Shown here: one piece after another, positions 36,147-47,474 of the stretch | How the letters are laid out: every line of letters starts with the position of its first letter | Numbering within the stretch: the stretch's first letter is position 1 | NCBI GenBank assembly: GCA_964019425.1 | Contig: OZ025792.1 | Span: forward strand, 248,001 to 312,000 | DNA length: 64,000 nt | From: Flectonema sp. DT1601 | Lineage: Eukaryota | Reading direction: 5' to 3' | The notes under the pieces: model-generated | Told to the model about the DNA's origin: nothing | The model's input: the letters and a program-made list of their open reading frames with translations, nothing else | The model's database searches: none | Made by a program: the position numbers and the translations under genes

Positions 36147-36460
36147 TGTGTGATTGTTCGTCAAAGCAACAACGAGAGGAGGGAGTAATTCCTGTTTAGA
36201 AAAAAAAAATGATAAAAACTAAATACAATCACAGCTCGAGGATAAACAGGCAACAGCAAAAAGTTAACAATGAAATACATCATCGTTTTTAGAAGCACCC
36301 AGTAAAAGCAAGGCGGTATAAATAACTCAAAGTACATGTTGTCACGGAAGTGACTACATCCAAGTGTGAATAAAACAATAAAATAACATAAAATAAACTT
36401 ACTTACATTCCTTCAGCGATTGATGCAAAAAAAAGGTTCATGTAAGTGGTTGTTGAGGTC

Positions 36461-39400
36461 TCAATGCCAGGCAGGGCATTGGGTATCAGTTTTCTTCTTT
36501 TTATACAATGTGGGGAGGAATGGTACTCTACGAGCTACATTCCCAAGAACCTCCTGTTCACGTTTAGTTCCAGCTGCCAGGACTTCTAATATACCGTAAC
36601 CAGTTGGTCGTGTAGCTTTCTTTTTAACACTATTCACATTTGGTGACGTTGATGGTGGACCAACGGAAGGTAAAAATGAAAAATCAACAGCCGAACTTCG
36701 ACTCATCCGTTTTATTTTTTGTAATAAAATGTCCTGTTCCTCATGCATTAAAGTAGTCATCTCACGCTTTCGGGAAGCTATTTCCTTTCGGATTCGTATC
36801 ATTTTACGGCTTGCTGCCGCGTCTCTCTCTTTTCGTCTGTTCTCTTCTTCTTTTTCTTGTAATTTTTTATCGAGGACTACCTGCAATCTTCTCTTTAAAA
36901 GTGGATCTTTGGTCCATTTTTGATTCAATTCACTCAACGGAACGATTCTTTTTCGTAGACTTCGTCCTTGTGGTTTCTTGCCTCTCGGAGGAACCGGAGG
37001 AGTAACGCCATGTTCATCATGATTTAAGTGATCACAATTACCACTGCGACACACATCACTCTTTGAGTCAGTTAGTGGGGCCAGTGTTTGACTAGAGTCA
37101 CAGGCTGTTTTTGTTATTTTTTTTTTTGTCTGAAAACAACTCATAAGGTTGTTGAAAACAAAACAAGAAAACATACAATCGTCAGAATGTTGTACCTCTG
37201 GAATCCTACTATCCATTCGAGTAATGACCTCAGTACTTCTAAATATTAAATTAATATGAGCTGAAGGAACTTCTCGAAGGAAATCATCTTCTGGTTGGTC
37301 ATGTTCATCAGTTGGGAAGTCTTCTTCTATTTCATAGTCAGGAAAGATATCATCGTATTGGGGTTCGGGTCCTGGTGTCACTTCTGGTTGACTTTCAACA
37401 TCGATATAACCTCCTTCGATATTACTCTCACTTTCTTTATTAAATGTGAGTGAAGAGTTATTCGCTCCACCATTCTGAGTGTATCCTTGATCTCTGTATT
37501 GGTCATCATCTTTGTCTTCTTCGCTGTAGCTGACTTCCTGAATCTCATCATCGACGCCAACGTTTTCAGATATTGAAGTTACGTGATTATGTACAAGTGG
37601 TGTTGAGTTATTATAATCGTGTTGTGCTACACGAGTGTGTAAAGAAGTCGAGCCGTGTACTTGATCACTATCACTAATAACAGCATCCGACATCTCAATG
37701 TAGTCGCTGATACTCTCGTGAGGGTTGTTACTGTTTTCAGAATCAGAAACTTGTGAAAGAGCTGCAACATTATAACATGAAACCTGAACTTCTGTACTTA
37801 ATGTAGCACGAGGTCCTTCATCACTCTCACTGTAATGAAACTCTTGAAGATCATCACAATCAGTAAGTTCTTCTTCAACTTGTAAGGAGATCACATGATG
37901 TGGTTCTTCAACTAAAGGGGTTTGGTTCTCAGTAGTGGTCAGATTAGTTTCTAGTTCTTCATAGTGATGTGTAGGAGTGTCATCACCGTGATCACTATCA
38001 CTAATGTGGAACTCTTGAATATCTGTTTGTGAATGGCTTGGATCGGCGTTGTCTTCTTTGTGTCTGAGTTTCTGAATGACTTCACTAATTTGAACATCAT
38101 CATCATCATCATCATCATCACCATGAGGAGCTGCTTCGATTGTAGTTGCGGAGCTGCTTTGTCTCTCACTATCGCTGTAGTGGAATTCCTGAATCTGTCC
38201 CCCAGTTGTTTCCATTCGATCTACGACATTACTGTCTTTGGGTGTTGATGGGACGCTGTTCTGTTTCTTACTTTCACTGCTGTGGAAATCTTGAATCTCA
38301 TCACCTCCACCGATGAAGACATCAGTTTGTTGAATTCCACCATCGTCATCACCGTCACCTCCACTGCTGTAGAACTCTTGAATTTCATCGACAGCGTGAA
38401 GATCTTCTTCCTCATTCAGAACTTCGCGCGCTTTTGTCAGACTGCTACTTTCTGACTCACTATCGCTGTTGTGGAACCCTAGAACCTCATCGGTAGTGTC
38501 GAGTTTACTTTCCTTTTTCGGAACTTCAGACACTTCTATCAGATTACTGTTTGACTCACCGTCGCTGTTGTTGAACTCCTGAATCTCATCAACAGTACGA
38601 AGGTCTTCGTCCTTATTTAGGGTTTCGGATACTTCTATCAGATTGCAGTGTTCTAATTCACTATCACTGTTGTGAAACTCTTGAACATGGTGTTCTTCTT
38701 CTTCTAGAGCTGTTTCCTCATGTTCATCATTACTGTTGTGAAACTCTTGAAGGTTATTTCCATTTCTATGGTTTGGGTTTTCTTCTGAAATGTCTTCAGA
38801 CTCATGGTCACTGATGTGGAACTTCTGAATTTCATCATCTGTCGTTATCTGTTTCTGATGGTCTGAATTAGAATGCAGAGATGCCTCCCCAGACGATGTT
38901 GGTTTGCAGATCTCTTCTTCGCTGTCGTTGTGATGGAATTCCTGAATTTCATTACTTCCATTTGTATTGCTGTCTGGTGCTGTTGAACTGATCTCACGGT
39001 GAAGGTCTGTCTGTTGGATTACTTTAGAGTTCTTGTTTTTATCTTTTTTTTGTTTTGTCTTCTTATCACTTTTAGAAGAATGTTTCTTTTTAAGAAGCAA
39101 TCCGCCTGTTGAGGACCTTCTGACAGGCTCGGATTCGGCAGAGGATTGCTCGAGACTGTTGCTAGTTGACTTCTGCTGACCTTTTTCAATCTCTGCCTGT
39201 TGGTCTTCTTCACTGCCGCTTTCAATAGTAAACATATCCGTTGAGTTCTTTCGAACTTTCTTTTTGGGTTTGCTATTCTTTTTCTTGTTATCTGTTTTTG
39301 ATTTTTGCTTACCGCTTTGCACAAGCGGAGGAGAACTATCAGGTGAAGGGTGAGATTCTGTTTTAGAATTACTACAGACAGTTGTATAGGTTGGAGTGAA

Positions 39401-39679
39401 TACGTCGGGTTGTTTCGAAGTCTCAGTTATATTTTGGTGAACGTCTCTACCAAAGTCACTTCCAGCTCTATTTAAATTATTATCAAAATGTGAATATTCT
39501 TTTTCTCTTTCTTCACTATCACTGTCAGGAATGTCTTCAAGTGGTCCACCTTCGTACTTCGATGGAGTGATTCCGTCAGGTAGTTCCCAAATAGGATCTT
39601 CCTCACCAGCAGCTCTGTAGTAATAATATTCACTTCGGGTACGACTCCACTTTGCCACCCATCGATCGCCTTCAGACAT
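36461..39679 (-). CDS. WW-domain protein with a long acidic disordered region carrying repeated IQEFHxSD motifs, 2 exons
   Basis: WVAKWSRTRSEYYYY...PIWELP after ATG 39679. An in-frame 72-nt GTATGT..AACAG intron lies at 37176-37105. Basic coiled-coil C-terminus. Confidence 0.78.
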   Translation of the reverse strand: MSEGDRWVAKWSRTRSEYYYYRAAGEEDPIWELPDGITPSKYEGGPLEDIPDSDSEEREKEYSHFDNNLNRAGSDFGRDVHQNITETSKQPDVFTPTYTTVCSNSKTESHPSPDSSPPLVQSGKQKSKTDNKKKNSKPKKKVRKNSTDMFTIESGSEEDQQAEIEKGQQKSTSNSLEQSSAESEPVRRSSTGGLLLKKKHSSKSDKKTKQKKDKNKNSKVIQQTDLHREISSTAPDSNTNGSNEIQEFHHNDSEEEICKPTSSGEASLHSNSDHQKQITTDDEIQKFHISDHESEDISEENPNHRNGNNLQEFHNSNDEHEETALEEEEHHVQEFHNSDSELEHCNLIEVSETLNKDEDLRTVDEIQEFNNSDGESNSNLIEVSEVPKKESKLDTTDEVLGFHNSDSESESSSLTKAREVLNEEEDLHAVDEIQEFYSSGGDGDDDGGIQQTDVFIGGGDEIQDFHSSESKKQNSVPSTPKDSNVVDRMETTGGQIQEFHYSDSERQSSSATTIEAAPHGDDDDDDDDVQISEVIQKLRHKEDNADPSHSQTDIQEFHISDSDHGDDTPTHHYEELETNLTTTENQTPLVEEPHHVISLQVEEELTDCDDLQEFHYSESDEGPRATLSTEVQVSCYNVAALSQVSDSENSNNPHESISDYIEMSDAVISDSDQVHGSTSLHTRVAQHDYNNSTPLVHNHVTSISENVGVDDEIQEVSYSEEDKDDDQYRDQGYTQNGGANNSSLTFNKESESNIEGGYIDVESQPEVTPGPEPQYDDIFPDYEIEEDFPTDEHDQPEDDFLREVPSAHINLIFRSTEVITRMDSRIPEVQHSDDCMFSCFVFNNLMSCFQTKKKITKTACDSSQTLAPLTDSKSDVCRSGNCDHLNHDEHGVTPPVPPRGKKPQGRSLRKRIVPLSELNQKWTKDPLLKRRLQVVLDKKLQEKEEENRRKERDAAASRKMIRIRKEIASRKREMTTLMHEEQDILLQKIKRMSRSSAVDFSFLPSVGPPSTSPNVNSVKKKATRPTGYGILEVLAAGTKREQEVLGNVARRVPFLPTLYKKKKTDTQCPAWH

Positions 39680-40327
39680 TACAGCATTTGATACGATTAT
39701 GTCGGTCACTGTTGGAAGGGGTGATAGGTTAAACTGATAACAACGACAGAAGATTAAACTTCATTACACTCGTACATAACTAGAACCAGTCACTGATATA
39801 GGGCTAATTGTATCAAAGCAGGTAACTAAAATATGATACACGTTGACTTTTCTTGTATTACTGAGCTGCACGGAAAAAGTACATTGTCCCCACCTGTTTT
39901 AAAAAATAAAATAAATCTCACATACTCTTATACAAGCAAAAAAAAAAAGTGTTACGATTAGCTTCCACAAACCGTTCGTTAAGTGTAATAATTAACAAAA
40001 TAATAAGACGAATAAATTATAATATAATAAAAAAAAAAGAATTCATGTTTTTTGTGAAAAAAAAAAAAAAGGAATAAATATATCGAGTAGCTCATGAGCG
40101 CTATGTGTTGAATAATAAATGGTACATTAGAAAAGAAAGGAAAAAATATTTTTTAAAAAAAAACGGTATGTATTTTTCTTCTTTTTTTTATTAGTCTGAT
40201 GCCTCTCAGTGGGTGCACCAACAAAGGATATTGAGAACAAGAAGCGTCTCATCAAAACACTAACACAATTGTATAAAGGCTCTGACACGCACTGGGTTGA
40301 CTTTTCATAAACGACTTGAGTTCTGTG

Positions 40328-41719
40328 CTAAGCAGCTTCTGTTTTTTGGTGGATAAGATGAAAATTTCTCCAGTGGTTGTGGCACTCAGCAATCACATCC
40401 TGAGCATATTTACGTCCAAAGTAATTTCCTTCGCATGCGAACTTGTTTTGAGGTTTTCCAGTACAAATCTTGTAATCTCGTAGCCATGAACGCAAGCATT
40501 CTAAAGCACCTGGCATATGATTGGCAACATCACTGATGTCATTAGTGAACATTGCTAATGGATCTGTGGTGTTAATACAAATTACTTTCCAATCCATCTC
40601 ACCTTCATCAATCATTCCTAATGTTCCCAGTACCTTTACAGGTGTAACAGAACCAGTTTTTAGTTGTCGAGTTCCGATTTCAATTGCATCGACTGGATCG
40701 TTGTCTCCCGGGTATGCTTCTCCCCCCTCTTCATCAGTGAAGACAAATGAATGTGTTGTACTCTCCCATGTCTGTGGGAATGCTCCGTAGTTGAAAAGCA
40801 TATCTCCATGTTTGTAGAATCGCAGTGCTCCTTTTTCAACATCTTGTTTTATTGGATTAAATGTCTCTTTTGTGGCGACTTCAAACTTTGCTCTCGTCCA
40901 TTTTGGTATTTCACAAATAAAATTATACTTGTTCAAAGGTTCATCAGGACTTGTTGTTCTAATCACGTCTTTCACATAAAGAGGGATGTCATGCCACGGT
41001 GATATCTTCATTACTTTCTGTTTGAATATATGTTTCTTTTTTTTTTTTTCTAAATTAAATTCGTTTAAAAAAAAATACAATAAGAACACGAGGCAATACC
41101 TTTGTCTTCAGGCTCTTCAAGAAGAAGAAAATGCGATATGTCGGGGTAAATGGTTCTCCTTCTTCCTCAAGCTTTTTTTTGTTTGTTTTTATAATTTTTG
41201 TTAAAGTATTATGTTGTGGTTTTTGTATAAACAATAACACTAGCATACTATAAGTTGATGTTGATTGAACGATTCATCAAAACGGGATGAGATAAGTTTG
41301 AATTCCTTCACAGAATGCTCTCGTAGTTTCAGTTCGTCCCATGAAGCCCACAGAGATTCGAAATCAGGAGACCCGTCTTTGAATAGTATTTTTTTGATTT
41401 CAGCCAACTCATCAGCAGTAAGCGAACCTTCTCCAGTCATGTTGAATAAGGCTGCGATATCATCTTCTCTTAAACAACCACTTTTACCAACATCAAGAGA
41501 CTTAAATATTCTATGTAAGATTCTCTTATCCAATAACCGTTGCTCTTCCTCTCCCTGTTTTTTATAAGCCAACTGTTGCAAGTCTGCTGATGCTCCAGAA
41601 GGGAGAGTATCTGTTCCAACATCACTTAAATGTCTTCTGAAACTTGCTGCTTTGGAAATCATCATCGTTGCTGAGGGAGGCCTCGTAGTGCGCCCACTTA
41701 CTTCTTCTGATTTCGACAT
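40328..41719 (-). CDS. VSP1: Soluble inorganic pyrophosphatase with N-terminal EF-hand (acidocalcisomal VSP1-like), 3 exons, ~410 aa
   Basis: Exons 41719-41249, 41171-41100, 41017-40328 join in frame (1233 nt). Motifs SPWHDIPL, EIPKWTRAKFE, NYGAFPQTWE, GDNDPVD, MIDEGEMDWK, plus EF-hand-like FKSLDVGKSGCL. Confidence 0.9.
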
Positions 41720-42762
41720 GTAAAACTGTAGCCTGGAGTGAATAAAATATGTTACATGTTTTGAATAACAATAATAATAAAAGTTAGTATCGAATCACCA
41801 TTAAAGCTACCTGAATGAAATACATAAATAATACGTTCGTGTACTATAACAAGCAGAAATTCCAATGACGGACGAAAAGAACTGAGAATTCGGTATTTTT
41901 ATTCGTTCTTTTCCTGGACAGTACACGGTTGGCTCACACAGTAGTCAACTAACGACCCTGCAAAGAAGAAGAAGAAAGGAAAAAGAAAAAATAAACAAGA
42001 AAAGGGGAAAAGAAGAAAAAAAAGCGAAACTCATACGCCAATAACGACTCGCAACAGACGAAAATGAATGAGAAACTGAGCTATAGAAAAGATGATTTAT
42101 TTTCTTTCTTTCTTTTTTTTTTCTTTCTTCCCCTCTCCTCTTTTTTTGGTACCGCAGATACACACGCTAATCAACAGAAGGAAGCTAAAAGTTAGTTTCC
42201 TGCCACCGGAAACAGCGAATAAACTACAAGGGTACCTTATACCAAACAATGAACATATAAAACAATAAGTATTACTGAAAGGGTCTTTTTTCTAGAGATT
42301 AGCCACCACTTTTAACAGGAAGAAGACTAATTTCAAACAATATAAAAAAAATATAAAAAAAAAAATTGAAAACCAAAGGATTTTTTTTTTTTTCTGAAAG
42401 GCTTTTATACCTGTCATCAACAATCTATAATGCGCAAAGATAAACGTACTGGAATTCAACAACAGCGAAAACAGGTGGGGGTGGGGTAGTGAAAAAAAAA
42501 GGGAAAAAAAGACGAACAACCCACAATTGAGTCGGGGGTTCCGTATTATCGGAAAGCTTTTTTTTTTTTTTTTTTTTTTACTGCTCATAACAAAATCAAG
42601 ACAACAGCATCATACCACACGTGTGCCAGAACAGTATACTAAAAAAAAAAAAAACTAAAAAAAAAACAGACTGAACCTATTTTGTTGCACCCCACGGAGA
42701 AGGAGTTCAAACGAAGCTGGTTAACACGTCAAAAGTTCAAATTGTGGCAGCTCTCCGGTATT

Positions 42763-42793
<31 letters not shown>

Positions 42794-44014
42794 GTTCTTT
42801 TTTCGTTTCTTTGACAGTAACTTATGCAGTAGCAGCCCTGTAATTACACATGAGAAGAGATGGAGCAAAAGCTCCGAAAATCATCACCTTCTCAAAAATG
42901 TTTTTTTTTTTTTTTCCAGGGTAATAGAAATAGATTTAAAAAAAAAAAAGGAAAACTGAAATGTAACAAAGGGTACCACCAAATCCATTGCACTATGTCG
43001 CCCCCCAAATGGAGGGTGGGGGAAAGGAGGGAGGAGGCTTGATCCCAGGTCAACCGGATGTAAATACTTATCATGTGGCCAAAAAAAATGCTCCGACTAT
43101 AGTATACGTTTCTTTTGAGTAGACTTGTAAGTTTTTCCCCAAAAGAAATAATATTATGTTTTCATCAAAATACCATAACGGATTACATTATATTTTAACT
43201 ATTGATTTAATGAAAATTAGAATAGCTTGATTTCGTGAAAATCTGTATCTGATTTTGCATTTAGAACTGTCATTTTATTTTACGATAGGAGGCTTCGAAG
43301 GGAAAATTTACACCCCAGCTACGGGCACTTCAGGAGTCCATCCGGCAAGATAGGATCAGGACTGCAGAGACTGCTTCGAATGTAAGCAGGTGTGCCTCCC
43401 TTGATCTCAGGTCACAGTACGCGCACCTCACAGTGTGATACGTCCCCTGTAACAACGTGTCCAGGCGTGAAATAATGTTACATTATTTCACGCTCGCAAC
43501 GGCCCTAACCAAAAAATGCGGCAAATTAAATTCAGGGGGGAAAAAAAACTTCGCGCTCAGCCAGGAGTGAAATGCGGTACTTTCTGATTTTCACCACAAT
43601 GAATTTTCCCTAAGAAGCCAAGATAGAGTAAAAAAAAAAAAAAAAAAAAAATTCCACCTCCCGATTTCTATAACGTTTATTCAGTCAACTGTTTCTTAAC
43701 ACAAAATGCAGAACTGTTTCATACACCTTTACTTGATAACACAATACGAAATAAATAGTTCTTTCCTCTAAGTTTAGTAAGCAAGTTTTCACAAACTTTT
43801 TTTTTTCAAAAAACACACGTCTTTATTAGTGCAATTAACTTTCACGGAAGAATATCGTTAGATCCCCGTGGGAATTCAACAATATAGAAATTGAGCGAAA
43901 TCAAAAAAACAAAAAACAAAAAAACAACGAAAAAGAAAGTCGGTCATGTCACGCGAATCAATGCCGTACCTAAGTAAGTTTGTTGAATGCCTCTGTACTT
44001 AATGTATTTTACGC

Positions 44015-47000
44015 TTAAGTATCATCGTCATTCACGCTCGGAATGGGTAGCGTTGCGAAGAATTCACTTTGACTAGTTTCGTTCAAGAATTCGTATCCAC
44101 TGCTGCTTCCTATGAGAATAGTAGCTTGAGAATCAGCATTTGTTGTATCGTATAAAGTTGAAGAAGAAGGATTGTCACCACTGCGTCCTTCTTGAATGGA
44201 GTTAACAATATTGGGTACAACTGATGAATTAATCTCACGATTAATATCTTCCGGACAATCAAATTCAACTCGGCGCTTACGAAGACATGAAAGTACATCG
44301 CAAGCTCTTGGACGTTTATGATAATCGGCCTGAAGCATTATTACCGTCAATTGAGCATAAAACTCACTGTAACCAAGTGAATCCTGTTTTTTTGTTAGAT
44401 ATTGTTTGTTTGAGTTTCATGATTTCACACGGGATTTCACTTATCAAGACGCATACCAACTCATTTGTTATATCTGATGTAAACCCTGGCTTCATAACAT
44501 CGCAGAACATTATTCTTAGATTAGAGGAAGTCACACGTTTTGTTGCTGCTGCGTACATAACACAACCGAGGGCCCAAATATCAACCTGTTTGTTTTAAAT
44601 TGTCAAGAGGTATTTCTCATGGAAAAAAAAAAAAAAAAAAACGCACCTCAATTCCGTAATGTTTTGACCAGCATTCAGGAGCTAGGAATGCAGCAGTTCC
44701 AGCTCTTGTACTGCAGTACATATTCTCAAGATTTCTAGCTAAACCGAAATCAGTTACAATCGGTCTTTGATCATCGTCTATTAGGATGTTTTCAGGTTTA
44801 AGATCTCTGTGAATCAAAGGCGGTTGTCGGTAATGAAGGTGATGAAGAAGAGAACATATCTGCTCTACCATTGATAATAGAATCGACTCTGGGATAGTAT
44901 CACTTTGGTATTCAGTAACGAATCTTTTTAAATCTCCATTTTTATAGTAAGGCATCACCAGACAAACGTATCTGTTGTTGTTATTGTTTTTCCCTCCTCT
45001 CCAGATAAATCTTTTCGTATCGTATCAAATTACCCCCCCAGACTGGAGTAAGCCAGCAGAGAGCACCCTCACTAAAGTGAAGGAACTTAATTAAAAAGTG
45101 GAATTTGAAATCACCCTTCGGGTTCAAAAAACGTGATGCACACGTCGATGGCTATACATGTGCCCAACCTGGGATTCCTTGAAAGCAGTACTTCCAACTG
45201 GGCAGTCATTAAATCATTGGCGATAAAGAAGTTTACCACGCAACAGATCCTCACCTGTCGCATGCATTTCATAAGGGAGGTAACAAAACGTCAGTTGCAA
45301 TCACTGAATCGGCTCCCTTCGATCATAATATTAAAAAAAAAAAAATCAAATACCTGGCAGTCTCCTCCAATAGTAAAGGAGGACTCTCAGTATCATTCTT
45401 TTGATCATCCTGTGACTTCTTATGAGGAGTGACACTATTGTTCCAAGACATGAATGTTTCGACTACTTGAATCATATTAGGATGACCTTGAAATGCTCTA
45501 ATTAATTTAAATTCATTAAGGGCTTCCTCTTGTTGATGATCATCTGTACAGTGGCTGTATTTCATTGCGAAGAGTCGAGAATCAGATTTTCTTTTAACTA
45601 AATATACAGTGCCATAAGCTCCTGATCCCAACTTCCTATGAATAGTGTATTTAGACCCAACCCCCCCAGTAGAAGCGATTACTCTTGATCTAATAAACCT
45701 GTGAATCATACATGATATTAGTAAGATGATGATGAGAGAACCAACACTAAAAAATAAAAGAAGATCGATGCTTTTCCAATCTACACCAGAAGAAGATGGA
45801 GGAATCTCTGCCGTATATGTCGTGGTTACACTTGGTGTTATCGTTGAGTATTCGGTGTATGTTACTGTTTGAGACGCAGGTCCGAAATCATATATATTGC
45901 TCTCACTATCAACCATGTACGATGATCCAATGTAAACATCAGATTCAACCGCAGTTGGCCAGACAGTAAACGTCTCGTTTATTGAAGATTTCTTTTTACC
46001 TGTTAACGCTCTGGTCCAAAGAAGGTTACCAGTTTCTATTTCAAATGCAAATATTCTTCCTACTTCCTCAGAACCAGATAGACTGTAGACTAATCTATTA
46101 CCAACAGCTACCCTTGAAAAATCAGCATTAGTCTTTTCAGCTACCCAAGCCTTTGTTCCATTGCTTGCATATAAGGCATAGACTCTACCTGGACTCACTC
46201 TGTTTCCTCGGGTGGCAAAAAATACTAATTCGTAAGCATAAACGGGCATAGTTGGTACTCCATGTGACTGAAGTTCATCAACTAAACTCATTGACCAATT
46301 TTTATGAACCTCTTGTCCATTTGGTAACATATAATAAGCTTCAATGAAACAACCAACACTCCCAGGAGAACTCCCAGAAGCGAGGTACATCATATTAGTA
46401 TCATAATCAACATAAGGTGGTGGATCCATATATTCTGGTTGTATACTTGGGAGAGGTTTTATGTGTGGTAAATGCCATTTCACCACCGCAGACAATGAGT
46501 TATATGCTTCCAAAGAGTACATTCCAGCTGAACTGATAAATATGACTGCCTTTTGATGAGGAACAAGAATAGGATGACCCATGCGAGTTACAGGACTGTC
46601 TTGAGGCATAAACTTCCAAGTCATATTACCAGAACCAACCACATTAGCATCCAGTGCGAATAAGAAGTCACCAGCACATATAAACACTAAAGGACAACCA
46701 TCAGCTGCAGCTACTGGAGACACAGGTGAAACATAAATCTCTAAGTAGTCCCAAATAGTTCGGTCTGGAGCTGCTGTATTTATCGACGCATTTAAAGCAA
46801 AAACATGACTCTGTCCAGAAAGGGTACCTGAAATACAGTAAAGTATTGATCCCGCGATCATTGGTTGTACTACTCCTTCAATTCCAGTTCCGACGTTCCA
46901 TAAGATGGAACCATTTTGAATACTAAGAGCGTACACAGTGGACTCTTTTACTAAATAACTCGAAACGTGGGCATACAACACTCCTTGGCTGTATGAGAGA

Positions 47001-47125
47001 GTTGCTACACCGTCTGCACCGTCTCCCATATCCCTAATCCAGCGGACTGGGGGTTCTGCTCCGCTTGCGATCCAGCAACTCCCCAGCCCAGCTGCGAGGA
47101 TCTGAAAGCACCATCGCAGCATCAT
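44015..47125 (-). CDS. Receptor-like Ser/Thr kinase: signal peptide, PQQ/BamB-like beta-propeller, single TM helix, NEK-like kinase, 4 exons, ~864 aa
   Basis: Exons 47125-45354, 44971-44647, 44585-44457, 44383-44015 join in frame (2595 nt). Propeller blades [61 protein letters not shown]; kinase [31 protein letters not shown]. Confidence 0.88.
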
Positions 47126-47474
47126 TAAATCAGCCTTCACGGCATTACGATGAGTGTGGGGGTGGGTGGTTTTCCTGTAATAATAATTTATTATTTATTT
47201 TTTCGAGTTAAAAACTACGACACCACAACAAGGTCATCCTCCAACTGCAAGGTGAAAGAAACTTCTGTTTTTGTGATGACTTCAGTTAACTAATTAATAA
47301 AACGGTTTTCGATCTAAACGAACGTATGCTAAAATTGAAAACAGAAAACTCCCCACCGAATGCGCGAGTTAAAAAACTCGGGATGGTCACATCAGAGTGG
47401 TTTAGAGGAAATAATTACTTCTGAGGAACGTGTTGATATTCAACACAAGTATTATTCTCATCTGTTCCGTTGAA

